NCBI GenBank assembly: GCA_002309345.1
Contig: DBWZ01000094.1
Span: forward strand, 13,950 to 77,949
Length of the DNA: 64,000 bases
Reading direction: 5' to 3'
Source of the DNA: Pseudobutyrivibrio sp. UBA1225
GTDB taxonomy: Bacteria; Bacillota; Clostridia; Lachnospirales; Lachnospiraceae
The position numbers were made by a program, and so were the translations under genes. Every line of letters begins with the position of its first letter. Positions within the stretch are counted from its first letter, which is position 1. Of the stretch, positions 9,327 through 18,380 are shown piece by piece. Under the pieces are notes generated by a model. The model was given only the letters and a program-made list of their open reading frames with translations, ran no database searches and was not told the DNA's origin.

Positions 9327-9710
9327 ATGCTTATGAAGGTTTCAATCGAGGAATTATCAAGGGTAGAAATAATCACACGTGAAGCTAAGGTAATTGAGCT
9401 TACGGAAAACTTTTCCAGATTTGGAATAACCGGAATGACAATTTACGACGCAAAAGGATGCGGAGTTCAGTTGGGAACTCAGGAATACGAAAGCGATAAA
9501 AATGAAGTTCCACAGCTTCTTTCTAAGCAGGTAATCATGGTTGTGTTACCAACTAGAGAAGTTGATAGCTTTATTGAATTTGTAGAGAAATCCCTCTATA
9601 CAGGTCACATTGGTGATGGAAAGATTTTTGTTACTCCAGTGACAAACGCAATTAGAGTTCGTACTGGTGAAGAAGGAACGGACGCCTTGAAAGAAGGTAC
9701 ATTGGATTAA
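9327..9710 (+). CDS. P-II family signal-transduction protein (atypical T-loop)
   Basis: GITGMT..GCGVQ, B-loop TGHIGDGKIFV, C-loop IRVRTGE. Confidence 0.88.
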   Translation: MLMKVSIEELSRVEIITREAKVIELTENFSRFGITGMTIYDAKGCGVQLGTQEYESDKNEVPQLLSKQVIMVVLPTREVDSFIEFVEKSLYTGHIGDGKIFVTPVTNAIRVRTGEEGTDALKEGTLD

Positions 9711-9721
9711 GGAGGTGTTCT

Positions 9722-11119
9722 ATGGTTGAAAAGAAAATAGGGCTCGGAAGTGTAATAGCTACTGGAGTAGGACTTGTAGTAGCAAGTAGTTGTTTATTAT
9801 CACTTGGAATAGGCGCAGGAAGCATTGGAACACCATTTATAATTACGATGACCATTGCTTGTATAGTGAATATTTTGACGCTATTATCCGTTGCAGAATT
9901 AAATTCACTTATGCCGAATCTAACAGGTGGATTAGCACAGTTTTCTCTGGCAGGAGTAGGACCATTCATCACAATTATTTGTATGGTTGGCGGATATCTC
10001 TTGTGTAACTCCCTTGCAGGATCAGTTGAGGGAGCTGTATTCGGAAATACGTTTTCCACAATGTTTAGTGATTACAACATCCCATCATGGGTATTTACAG
10101 CAGTTTTAGTTACATTTCTTATGATTACAAATCTAAATGGTGTAGATGTGTTTATCAAGGTTCAGGATTTTGTAGCCTACGCACTTATTGCATCACTTGC
10201 GATTATGGGAATTCTAGGAATGCTTGGAATCGGAACAGGTGAGATTGTTAGCCAGCCGGCTGTGGTGGCTTCTGATTTTAAAAGCGTAACCGGCTTATGT
10301 GGTCTTGCATTTTTCCTATTTGTAGGTGGTGAATATGTAATACCTCTTACAAAGAATTGCAAAAACTCAAAAAGAGATATTCCACTTGGAATGATTCTAA
10401 GTATGCTCATCATTCTTGTAATGCAAATCTTCATGGTGTTGGGATTCAAGAACTACACACAGTGGGATGAGTTGGCAGCAAGTACCACACCGCAGATTTT
10501 ATATGGACGTATGCTACTTGGACCACTTGGAAGATATTGGATGCTAGTTGTCACATTATTGGCGGCTATTAGTTCCGTAAATACGATAATGAATTCCCTT
10601 TCGTATATCCTAATGGGAATGTCTAAGATAGAGCTTCTTCCAGTATTCTTTCAGAAGACAAACAAAAAAGGTGCTCCATATGTGGGAATAGTGTTAGAAG
10701 CAGTGTTCTTCTTGTTCTTTAACATAACAGGTCTTTCATCCACAGATTCTATATCGTTTATGATTGCGGTTTTGGCAATCCTTTGGATGATTAGTTACAT
10801 TGTTACAAACGTAGATGTACTTTTGCTTCGACGAAGATTACCGAATGCACCTAGAAATTTTAAATTGCCATTTGGAGCGATGGTTCCAGTTCTTGCGATT
10901 TTGGGTTCTGTATACATGATATACAGCATCGATCCAAGTATGGAAGTGAAGTTATCTCTGTATAAGATAGTTGGTGTTACCATAGCAGTTCTTGCTATAT
11001 ATTCGTTCCTTTGGATTAAGCTTAGGGTTAAGAAACCTTTATTTAAGCCTTATGCGATAAAAGAAGTTATGGCAATGGAAAATGAACTATATTTGGAATA
11101 CCACAAAAAAGCAAGCTGA
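9722..11119 (+). CDS. APC-family amino acid/amine permease
   Basis: About 12 hydrophobic segments, TGVGLVVASS TM1 motif, C-terminal RRRLPNAPRNFKLP motif. Confidence 0.88.
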   Translation: MVEKKIGLGSVIATGVGLVVASSCLLSLGIGAGSIGTPFIITMTIACIVNILTLLSVAELNSLMPNLTGGLAQFSLAGVGPFITIICMVGGYLLCNSLAGSVEGAVFGNTFSTMFSDYNIPSWVFTAVLVTFLMITNLNGVDVFIKVQDFVAYALIASLAIMGILGMLGIGTGEIVSQPAVVASDFKSVTGLCGLAFFLFVGGEYVIPLTKNCKNSKRDIPLGMILSMLIILVMQIFMVLGFKNYTQWDELAASTTPQILYGRMLLGPLGRYWMLVVTLLAAISSVNTIMNSLSYILMGMSKIELLPVFFQKTNKKGAPYVGIVLEAVFFLFFNITGLSSTDSISFMIAVLAILWMISYIVTNVDVLLLRRRLPNAPRNFKLPFGAMVPVLAILGSVYMIYSIDPSMEVKLSLYKIVGVTIAVLAIYSFLWIKLRVKKPLFKPYAIKEVMAMENELYLEYHKKAS

Positions 11120-11170
11120 AATAGTGGGAGTTAATTGTAAATACATATAGATAAAAAGGAGGATGGCATT

Positions 11171-12313
11171 ATGGAAAATACAAAGATTGATTTATTATAT
11201 TTAAGCGAGCCAGATATGATTGAGGCTGGTGTAAACGATGTTGTAGCATGTACTTCCTGTATGGAAGAGCTTCTAGTTACTCTGGATAAAGGTGATTATT
11301 TAATGGGTGGAGAAAATGGAAACTCTCACGGCACAATGATTACCTTCCCGGACAATCCTATTTTCCCTAACATGCCAAAGAGCGGTCCTGATAGAAGATT
11401 TATGGCGATGCCTGCTTATGTTGGTGGTGAGACTGCAATGGCTGGAATGAAATGGTATGGTTCAAACGTTGAAAACAGAGAGAAAGGGCTTCCTAGATCA
11501 ATCCTTATGGTAATGTTGAATGATAAGGATACAGGTGCACCACTTTCCCTTATGTCTGCAAACCTACTATCTGCCTATAGAACATCTGGTATTCCAGGTG
11601 CAGGTGTAAAGAACTTAGCCGTTAAGGATGCAAAGGTTCTTGGAATTGTTGGACCAGGTGTAATCAACATTACAGCAATTGAAACCTTCGCAGCACTTAG
11701 ACCTACTCTTGACACACTAAAGATTAAAGGTAGAGGTAAGGCATCTATTGATAGATGTATTGAATTCGTAAAAACGAATCTTCCTCAGTTTACAACAATT
11801 CAGGTTGTGGATACTCTTGAAGAATGTGTTAGAGATTCAGATATTTTGAGCTTTGCCACATCAACATCAATGGGCATGGATAGAAGTCAGTATCCATTTG
11901 TAAAGGAAGAATGGATTAAGCCAGGTGCATTATTCTGTGTGCCAGGTTCGTGTGACTTTTCAGATGAATATATCTGCAGCGGAAAGGCAAAGCTGGTTTG
12001 CGACAACATTAAGTTGTACGAAGCATGGGCGGAGGAGTATCCATATCCAACATATAATCAGATTTATATTCCAGGATGCTTGTGGCTCGATTTGGTTCAT
12101 GACGGAAAGCTTTCTAAGGATAAGATTATCAATCTTGGTGCAATACTTGCTGGCAAGGAGGAAGGTAGAACCTCAGATGATGAAGTTATAATCTACTCAG
12201 TAGGTGGTATGCCGGTTGAGGATGTGGCTTGGGGCAAGAAATGCTACGAAAAAGCCCTCGAAAAGGGAATCGGTACCAAGCTCAACCTATGGGATAAGCC
12301 ATATTTATTCTAG
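11171..12313 (+). CDS. Ornithine cyclodeaminase/mu-crystallin family protein
   Basis: RFMAMPAY, MKWYGSN, GAPLSLM..LSAYRTS, GIVGPG, YSVGGMPVEDVAW. Confidence 0.82.
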   Translation: MENTKIDLLYLSEPDMIEAGVNDVVACTSCMEELLVTLDKGDYLMGGENGNSHGTMITFPDNPIFPNMPKSGPDRRFMAMPAYVGGETAMAGMKWYGSNVENREKGLPRSILMVMLNDKDTGAPLSLMSANLLSAYRTSGIPGAGVKNLAVKDAKVLGIVGPGVINITAIETFAALRPTLDTLKIKGRGKASIDRCIEFVKTNLPQFTTIQVVDTLEECVRDSDILSFATSTSMGMDRSQYPFVKEEWIKPGALFCVPGSCDFSDEYICSGKAKLVCDNIKLYEAWAEEYPYPTYNQIYIPGCLWLDLVHDGKLSKDKIINLGAILAGKEEGRTSDDEVIIYSVGGMPVEDVAWGKKCYEKALEKGIGTKLNLWDKPYLF

Positions 12314-12436
12314 TAAGAAAATATCATATTAATAGTGAATCTTTCTCAGTAACGCCATATCTGGTGGCAAAGGATGTACTTATAAGGGATGCAATGTTAA
12401 GATTATGGCAACTATTTAGAGAAGGAGATAAGTATT

Positions 12437-12532
12437 ATGGAATTTCAACAGGTTATAGATGCTAGGCAGAGTGTAATAAGCTTTAATGGGAATCAGGTTT
12501 CAGATATTGATGAGATAGCCAAGTTTATTTAA
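12437..12532 (+). pseudogene. 31-codon stub resembling a nitroreductase N-terminus
   Basis: AAGGAG SD, then MEFQQVIDARQSVISFNGNQVSDIDEIAKFI*, resembling the nitroreductase start motif (I..RRS.R.F....V..E.I). Confidence 0.45.
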
Positions 12533-12547
12533 AGTAAGTTGTATGTT

Positions 12548-12576
12548 AAGGGTCAGGATGTATTTCCTGACCTTTT
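12548..12576 (+). terminator. Intrinsic terminator
   Basis: AAGGGTCAGGA-TGTATT-TCCTGACCTTTTT. Confidence 0.75.
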
Positions 12577-12594
12577 TGTTGTATAGAAAAAATA

Positions 12595-12666
12595 AAAAAT
12601 GTAAAGGAAACTTGACATAAATCTCTCGAGGTGATAGAATCAAAAATGTAAAGGAAACTTGTCATA
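12595..12666 (+). promoter_or_regulatory. SigmaA promoter flanked by a 25-bp direct repeat (likely XRE operators)
   Basis: TTGACA (12612)-N17-TG.TAGAAT (12635); AAAAATGTAAAGGAAACTTG(A/T)CATA at 12595 and 12642. Confidence 0.75.
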
Positions 12667-12685
12667 ATTGTGGGGGGGTGATAGG

Positions 12686-12892
12686 TTGGATAATTATGTA
12701 GAGCAGCTTCGCAAAGAGCGAGGGCTAAACCAAGAAGAGTTTGCTAAAGCAATTCGAGTGTCAAGGCAGACAGTTAGTGCTATTGAAAACGGCAAATACA
12801 ATCCATCACTAGATCTTGCTTTCATCATTTCAGATTTCTTTGGCAAAACAATAGAAGAGATTTTTATTTACAAGGGAGGTGCGGATAAATGA
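12686..12892 (+). CDS. Small XRE/HTH_3 transcriptional regulator
   Basis: LRKERGLNQEEFAKAIRVSRQTVSAIENGKYNPSLDLAF; TTG start after GGGGGTG. Confidence 0.88.
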   Translation: MDNYVEQLRKERGLNQEEFAKAIRVSRQTVSAIENGKYNPSLDLAFIISDFFGKTIEEIFIYKGGADK

Positions 12893-13338
12893 AGAAAAGT
12901 AGTTTGTGCTTAAGTATCGCAATTACGGTAGTCGGAATTATATGTTTGCTAATAGCCATATTCACAGAAACCGTGTTTGATGGTTTGTTATGGGGATTCA
13001 CTGGGGCATTCCTAGGAATAGGCATAGCTTCTATGGTTAAATTTTTTTATTGGGCATCTCCTAAAAATGGTGAGCGTTACAAGGAGATTCTTGAGCAACA
13101 GGACATCGAAGTTAACGACGAGCTTAATATCATAATTCGTGATAAGGCAGGTCATTTAGCATACCAATTTGCTTATATTGCAATAGTTGTTTCTATTATG
13201 ATATTTGGATTCCTTGGCAAAGCAGGCATGCTCACAAACCATATGATATTTGTATATTATCTTATAGGATTACTAGTTTTCTTGCTCATCACATATGTTG
13301 CAGCGTTTAATCATTTCCGAAAAAAGATAGCCGGATAA
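12889..13338 (+). CDS. Membrane protein (4 TM, DUF2178-like), coupled to the XRE gene
   Basis: Two hydrophobic pairs around DELNIIIRDKAG; ATGA overlap with the XRE stop. Confidence 0.7.
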   Translation: MKKSSLCLSIAITVVGIICLLIAIFTETVFDGLLWGFTGAFLGIGIASMVKFFYWASPKNGERYKEILEQQDIEVNDELNIIIRDKAGHLAYQFAYIAIVVSIMIFGFLGKAGMLTNHMIFVYYLIGLLVFLLITYVAAFNHFRKKIAG

Positions 13339-13609
13339 TTACCGGGAGAATTAAAATACAAAGCTCCATTTCAAAAGATATATTTCATACACATTAAACC
13401 AGACTCTTGATTATCAGATGATAGTCGGGAGTCTTTCAGTATAGCAATAACAAGTCCCAATACATCCAAACTCAATTTAAACAAAGTACGGAATCTTTTA
13501 TGGATGAAATCTTTGAGATGATGTTCAAGATTGTTGCCAAGTAGTACCCTATCTGTGGTAAAATATTATCACGAGACTGATATTTAAAGTGTGAAAGGAG
13601 ATTTATACT

Positions 13610-14197
13610 ATGGCAAAATACGTATGTCCAGTTTGTGGCTATATTCACGAGGGGGATGAACCACCGGCAGAATGTCCTGTATGTCATGTTAGCGGGGATA
13701 AATTCAAAAAGGTTGAAGGCGAGATTGCTCTTGCCGCTGAGCATGAATTTGGTGTTTATGCAAAGACAGTTAAGAACAATCCGGATATATCTGAAGAAGA
13801 CAAGAAATACATCTTCGATCAGCTCAAAGCAAACTTCGATGGTGAGTGCTCTGAGGTTGGTATGTATCTATGCATGGCTCGAATCGCTCATCGTGAGGGC
13901 TATCCAGAGATTGGTCTATATTGGGAAAAGACAGCATATGAAGAGGCTGAGCATGCAGCTAAGTTTGCAGAGCTTTTAGGTTCTGATCTTGAAAAGAACA
14001 TGACAAGCTCAACAAAGCAGAATCTTGCTTGGCGTGTGGATTGCGAATTCGGTGCTACACAGGGTAAGGTTGACCTTGCTACATGTGCCAAGAAAAACAA
14101 TCTTGATGCTATACATGATACAGTTCATGAGATGGCTCGCGACGAGGCTCGCCACGGCAAAGCGCTTAAGGGATTCCTTGATCGGTATTTCAAATAA
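13610..14197 (+). CDS. Reverse rubrerythrin (N-terminal rubredoxin plus ferritin-like di-iron domain)
   Basis: CPVCGY..CPVC, EAEHAA, DEARHG. Confidence 0.88.
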   Translation: MAKYVCPVCGYIHEGDEPPAECPVCHVSGDKFKKVEGEIALAAEHEFGVYAKTVKNNPDISEEDKKYIFDQLKANFDGECSEVGMYLCMARIAHREGYPEIGLYWEKTAYEEAEHAAKFAELLGSDLEKNMTSSTKQNLAWRVDCEFGATQGKVDLATCAKKNNLDAIHDTVHEMARDEARHGKALKGFLDRYFK

Positions 14198-14210
14198 AAT
14201 ATATAGTCTA

Positions 14211-14257
14211 ATGGCTATCGTTATAGATGAATGATCATCGTGGCGGTAGCCATTTTT
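14211..14257 (+). terminator. Terminator after rubrerythrin
   Basis: ATGGCTATCG...CGGTAGCCAT followed by TTTT. Confidence 0.6.
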
Positions 14258-14378
14258 CTTTTCTTTAAATTACACTATAAACAAGATGGCTTGGTTCACG
14301 GTTTCTTCGTATTTCCATGGTATCATGCTGTTAGTGTGTATAATTATACTTTTCTCATTCATAGAGAGGATAAAGCCC

Positions 14379-16094
14379 ATGAAACAAAGGAAAGGTAAAT
14401 TAATTGGACAGGTTGTCAGAGTCGCTTGTATAGCATCTGCAGTAGGATGCATACTTCTTACCGTTATTGGTATCTTCAAAATCAAGGGAACTTATCTTGA
14501 CATGGTTCACGAAGAACTACACGCAGCAGGAACAATAGCCGACAGTGAGTTTACAAAAATGTGGGATGGAGACTGGGAATATACGGATGGTCAACTCTAC
14601 AAGGGTGGCGAGCCAGTATATGAAGAGTATCTAGAGACCATGGAAGATCTGAAGGCAGAAACTGGATTAGAGTATACACTATTTTATGGGGATGAGAGAG
14701 TTGTAACCACATTAAAAATGGCAGGGACAAATGATTATCTTTTGAATACCAAGGCATCATCAGATGTCACAGATGCAGTAATCAAGCAAGGTAAGTCTAT
14801 CTATCTGCCAGGTCGTCAAATAGAAGGAACAGAGTTCTACGCTTATTATGCTCCATTGGCTAACGGTGACGGAACAGTAGTGGGTATGATGTTTGTTGGT
14901 CGTGATGGTACGGAGATTAAAGCGACCATCAACAATATGTCTATCATGCTTATCTTAATAAGTGTCGTTGTCATAGCAGCGCTTTTTGGTATTGGACTTT
15001 GGGCAATAAAAAAGAGCTCTACAGCAATGAACGATATAGCTGAATCCATCAAAGAATTTGCAGATGGAAATCTCAAGGCGGAAATTCCTACACATCTGAT
15101 AAAAAGAAACGATGAGCTTGGTACAATTTCTGAAAGTATTCAGAATCTTCGGGACAAGCTTACAGACATAATTGGAACTAGTGTCAAGCTATCTGGAGAT
15201 GTAACATCCTCTGGTGATAGGCTTGCGGAGTCGGCTGAGGAAGCATCTAACGTTTCAAGCATGATTACATCAGCCATTAATGGCGTCTCTGAGGGTGCAA
15301 TAAATCAGGCTGAAAGCGTTCAGGACTCCGCTTCAAATGTCAGTGAAATTGGCTTGGACATTGAAACTATTTCCGACAATGTTGGAGTTTTAAATACAAA
15401 CACCCAGGATATGAAGGATGCCTGCGAAAATTCAATGAAGGCTCTCGATATCCTATTTGAACAGAATACAGCAGTTGTGGATTCAATGAAGGGGATTGAC
15501 GAGCAAATCCGAAATACAAACGACTCAGTTCAGAATATCGCCGAGTCATCAAAGCTTATTACAGATATTGCTTCAGAAACAAATCTGCTTGCCTTAAATG
15601 CATCAATCGAGGCGGCCAGAGCCGGAGAAGCAGGCAAGGGCTTTGCAGTAGTTGCTGATGAAATAGGAAAGCTTGCGGCAGAGTCTGCTCACACAGCAGA
15701 AAAAATCAGTGCAATCATTGATGAGCTAACTGTTGAATCTGAAAGATCCATTTCAATCATCGAGCAGATGAATCAGGAGATGGAGGCTCAGTCAGGTCAT
15801 CTTGATGAGACCAAGCACAACATGGAGATAATGAAGGATGGCGTTGAAAACGTATCTGTCAATGCTAAAGAAATCTCAGATAGAGTAAACAATCTTGATT
15901 CAGCAAAGGCAAATTTAATTGATATAATTGATAACCTCTCAGCTATTTCAGAGGAGAACGCATCTACATCTTCGGAGACCAAGAACTCTATGGATAATTT
16001 GAATTCTACCTTTGCGGTTATTAGTGATGCTTCAGATTCATTGAAGAATCTTGCGGAACAGCTTTACGAAAAAATCAGTTATTTCAACATTTAG
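14379..16094 (+). CDS. Methyl-accepting chemotaxis protein (Cache sensor, HAMP, MCP signal domain)
   Basis: Two TMs, [27 protein letters not shown]-type signature ([27 protein letters not shown]); start 14379 after GAGAGG. Confidence 0.92.
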   Translation: MKQRKGKLIGQVVRVACIASAVGCILLTVIGIFKIKGTYLDMVHEELHAAGTIADSEFTKMWDGDWEYTDGQLYKGGEPVYEEYLETMEDLKAETGLEYTLFYGDERVVTTLKMAGTNDYLLNTKASSDVTDAVIKQGKSIYLPGRQIEGTEFYAYYAPLANGDGTVVGMMFVGRDGTEIKATINNMSIMLILISVVVIAALFGIGLWAIKKSSTAMNDIAESIKEFADGNLKAEIPTHLIKRNDELGTISESIQNLRDKLTDIIGTSVKLSGDVTSSGDRLAESAEEASNVSSMITSAINGVSEGAINQAESVQDSASNVSEIGLDIETISDNVGVLNTNTQDMKDACENSMKALDILFEQNTAVVDSMKGIDEQIRNTNDSVQNIAESSKLITDIASETNLLALNASIEAARAGEAGKGFAVVADEIGKLAAESAHTAEKISAIIDELTVESERSISIIEQMNQEMEAQSGHLDETKHNMEIMKDGVENVSVNAKEISDRVNNLDSAKANLIDIIDNLSAISEENASTSSETKNSMDNLNSTFAVISDASDSLKNLAEQLYEKISYFNI

Positions 16095-16112
16095 TAGAAA
16101 TGGGGGGCACTT

Positions 16113-17846
16113 ATGAAGAAATACGATTTTATCGACACCACAGTCGGTCAAATACCTACTGGGCTTCCAGGGGGCTTTTTCATATATGAGGCCGATGGTG
16201 ACGAGAGGATTATATTTGCTGAAACCAATGTTATCCAGTTGTTCGGATGCTTGAGCTTCGAGGAGTTTATGGATTATGTTGGTGGAACATTTAAGGGCAT
16301 GGTCCATCCTGAAGATTTGCATAAGATTGAAAACCAGATTCAGGCGCAGACACTCTTCGGTGAAAAGCGTCATGATTACGTTCGCTATAGAATCATAACA
16401 AAGCTTGGTGAAACTCGATACATAGAGGACTTTGGTCACTTGCTTCACTGGATAAATGGAAAGAGCTTTTTCTATGTGTTTATTGTAGATATAGAGCAGA
16501 ATGAATACCTTAGCGAAACACGAAATTCATACGCCGAGGCGGAGATTCTATCTTCTAATAACGAGACTGATTCCCTCACGGGATTATTCAACATGTCATT
16601 CTTCTATCATAAGATACAAGGCTTGATTTCCTCGCCTGAGATCTTAAGACAGCAGGTGGCATTCATTCATTTTGATATTCCAAATTTCAAACTCTATAAC
16701 GAGCGTCACGGCTTCAAGCTAGGTGATGAGTTGCTGTGCGATGTGGCAAGAGTCATCCGTGAAGTATTCTACGGAGCAACTGTTTCAAGGTTTTCAGATG
16801 ATCACTTCGTGGTTTTTGCCACCGGTAACAAGAGCGAAATAATAGATAATGTTGAGGAGGTATACAAGCGTATACTTCTTTCTGATGATGTAAATAAAAA
16901 GGTTCGAATCAAGGCTGGAATTTATTTCTTGGATGATTCAAGAGCCGAGGTGGGCTTGGCGTGTGACCATGCCAGATTGGCCTGCAACAATATAAAAAAC
17001 AGGCACGATGTGAACTACTGCATCTACGATGAGATGCTTAGAGATAAACTGCGCCGCCAGCAGTACGTGGTCGATCATATAGATGACGCTTTGGCTGAGG
17101 ATTATATCAAAGTATTTTATCAGCCGATTATCCGGGTCAGCACCGGGGAAATATGTGGTTTTGAGGCGCTAGTTCGTTGGGTAGATCCAAAGATGGGATT
17201 GCTTTCACCGGGAGATTTCATCGAAACCCTAGAGCACTTCCATCTCATCCATTTAGTTGATGAATTCATGGTAAAAAAGGTATGTCAGGATTACAGCACT
17301 CTCTATGAAATGGGGATGGACTTGGTGCCTGCGTCAATCAATATCTCTAGACTGGACTTTGAAATTTGCGATGTTTTCAAGCTTCTAGAGGACTTTACAG
17401 AGATATATGGCGTGCCAAAGAATATGATTGAAGTTGAAATCACTGAGAGCGCCTTCAATGATAATACTGGACTTATTAAAAGCGAGGTCAAAAAAATCCG
17501 CGACGCCGGATATGAGGTATGGATAGATGATTTCGGAAGCGGATATTCTTCGCTTAACACAATTTCAGATTATGATTTTGATGTGTTAAAGCTTGATCTT
17601 GTATTCTTGCGTAGTATGGATAAAAATCCGAAGACAAAAACCCTTATGGAATACATTATAAAAGCAGCCACTCAGATGGGTGTATCTCCTCTATGCGAGG
17701 GTGTTGAAACTGAGGAACACTACAACTTCCTAAAGGATACTGGTTGTGAGCGATGCCAAGGCTTCTACTTTGGAAAGCCGATGCCGATGGAAGAATTGAT
17801 AGACTATATCGTTGAAAAAGGCATGAAGCTTGAGGAATGTTCCTAG
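16113..17846 (+). CDS. PAS-GGDEF(degenerate)-EAL protein, probable c-di-GMP phosphodiesterase
   Basis: VHPED PAS, SDDHF in place of GGDEF, intact EAL and DDFGSGYSSL. Confidence 0.88.
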   Translation: MKKYDFIDTTVGQIPTGLPGGFFIYEADGDERIIFAETNVIQLFGCLSFEEFMDYVGGTFKGMVHPEDLHKIENQIQAQTLFGEKRHDYVRYRIITKLGETRYIEDFGHLLHWINGKSFFYVFIVDIEQNEYLSETRNSYAEAEILSSNNETDSLTGLFNMSFFYHKIQGLISSPEILRQQVAFIHFDIPNFKLYNERHGFKLGDELLCDVARVIREVFYGATVSRFSDDHFVVFATGNKSEIIDNVEEVYKRILLSDDVNKKVRIKAGIYFLDDSRAEVGLACDHARLACNNIKNRHDVNYCIYDEMLRDKLRRQQYVVDHIDDALAEDYIKVFYQPIIRVSTGEICGFEALVRWVDPKMGLLSPGDFIETLEHFHLIHLVDEFMVKKVCQDYSTLYEMGMDLVPASINISRLDFEICDVFKLLEDFTEIYGVPKNMIEVEITESAFNDNTGLIKSEVKKIRDAGYEVWIDDFGSGYSSLNTISDYDFDVLKLDLVFLRSMDKNPKTKTLMEYIIKAATQMGVSPLCEGVETEEHYNFLKDTGCERCQGFYFGKPMPMEELIDYIVEKGMKLEECS

Positions 17847-17869
17847 ATGATATAGCTAAATAGAAGCAC

Positions 17870-17957
17870 AAAAAAAGCGACGCCGGCGGGGCGTCGCTTT
17901 TAAAAAGGGAGAATAATGTTATGAAAAAAATGGTTCATCGCTTCTGTCTTGCGATGT
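17870..17957 (-). ncRNA. Candidate sRNA 1 (about 88 nt)
   Basis: Minus-strand TATTAT/TATAAT -10 at 17959-17967, 5' hairpin CATCGC/GCGATG, single-stranded UUCUCCCUUU tract, GC hairpin plus U7 terminator. Confidence 0.4.
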
Positions 17958-18049
17958 AATTATAATACAATCTATTTCTGAAGGAACAATGGAAAAAATG
18001 TGAATAAAACATCAAAAAGAACTAGAATATTTGTGAATTGATTACCACG

Positions 18050-18159
18050 AAAAAGAGTCTGCCTAAAACAGACTCTTTATCCGTAACCCAAATACATTTA
18101 ATAACTCCCGCACGGTCTCCACCGTGCCTCCCCTAAAAAAGACTAATGCTTTTTCATAT
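18050..18159 (-). ncRNA. Candidate sRNA 2 (about 110 nt, GGA-rich)
   Basis: Extended -10 TG.TAAAAT at 18166-18174 (minus), hairpin GCACGGT-GGAG-ACCGTGC, terminator AAAGAGTCTG/CAGACTCTTTTT, no ORF longer than 6 codons. Confidence 0.45.
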
Positions 18160-18380
18160 GAGAATATTTTAGCATTTTGAATTTTGAAAATGGTGAAATA
18201 TTGTGATTATTATGTGAAAGAAATGTGAAAAAGTCATAATACTGTCTATTAACTAAATAAATTGTTAAAAAACGGTATGAATCGCTATTTTCCGTGGAAT
18301 TTAGCGCAAAAAATAATTATAATAAGATATATGTCAAAATTTTGACTTATTTCCAAAATGTTTCAGACTCAGGGGATGTT

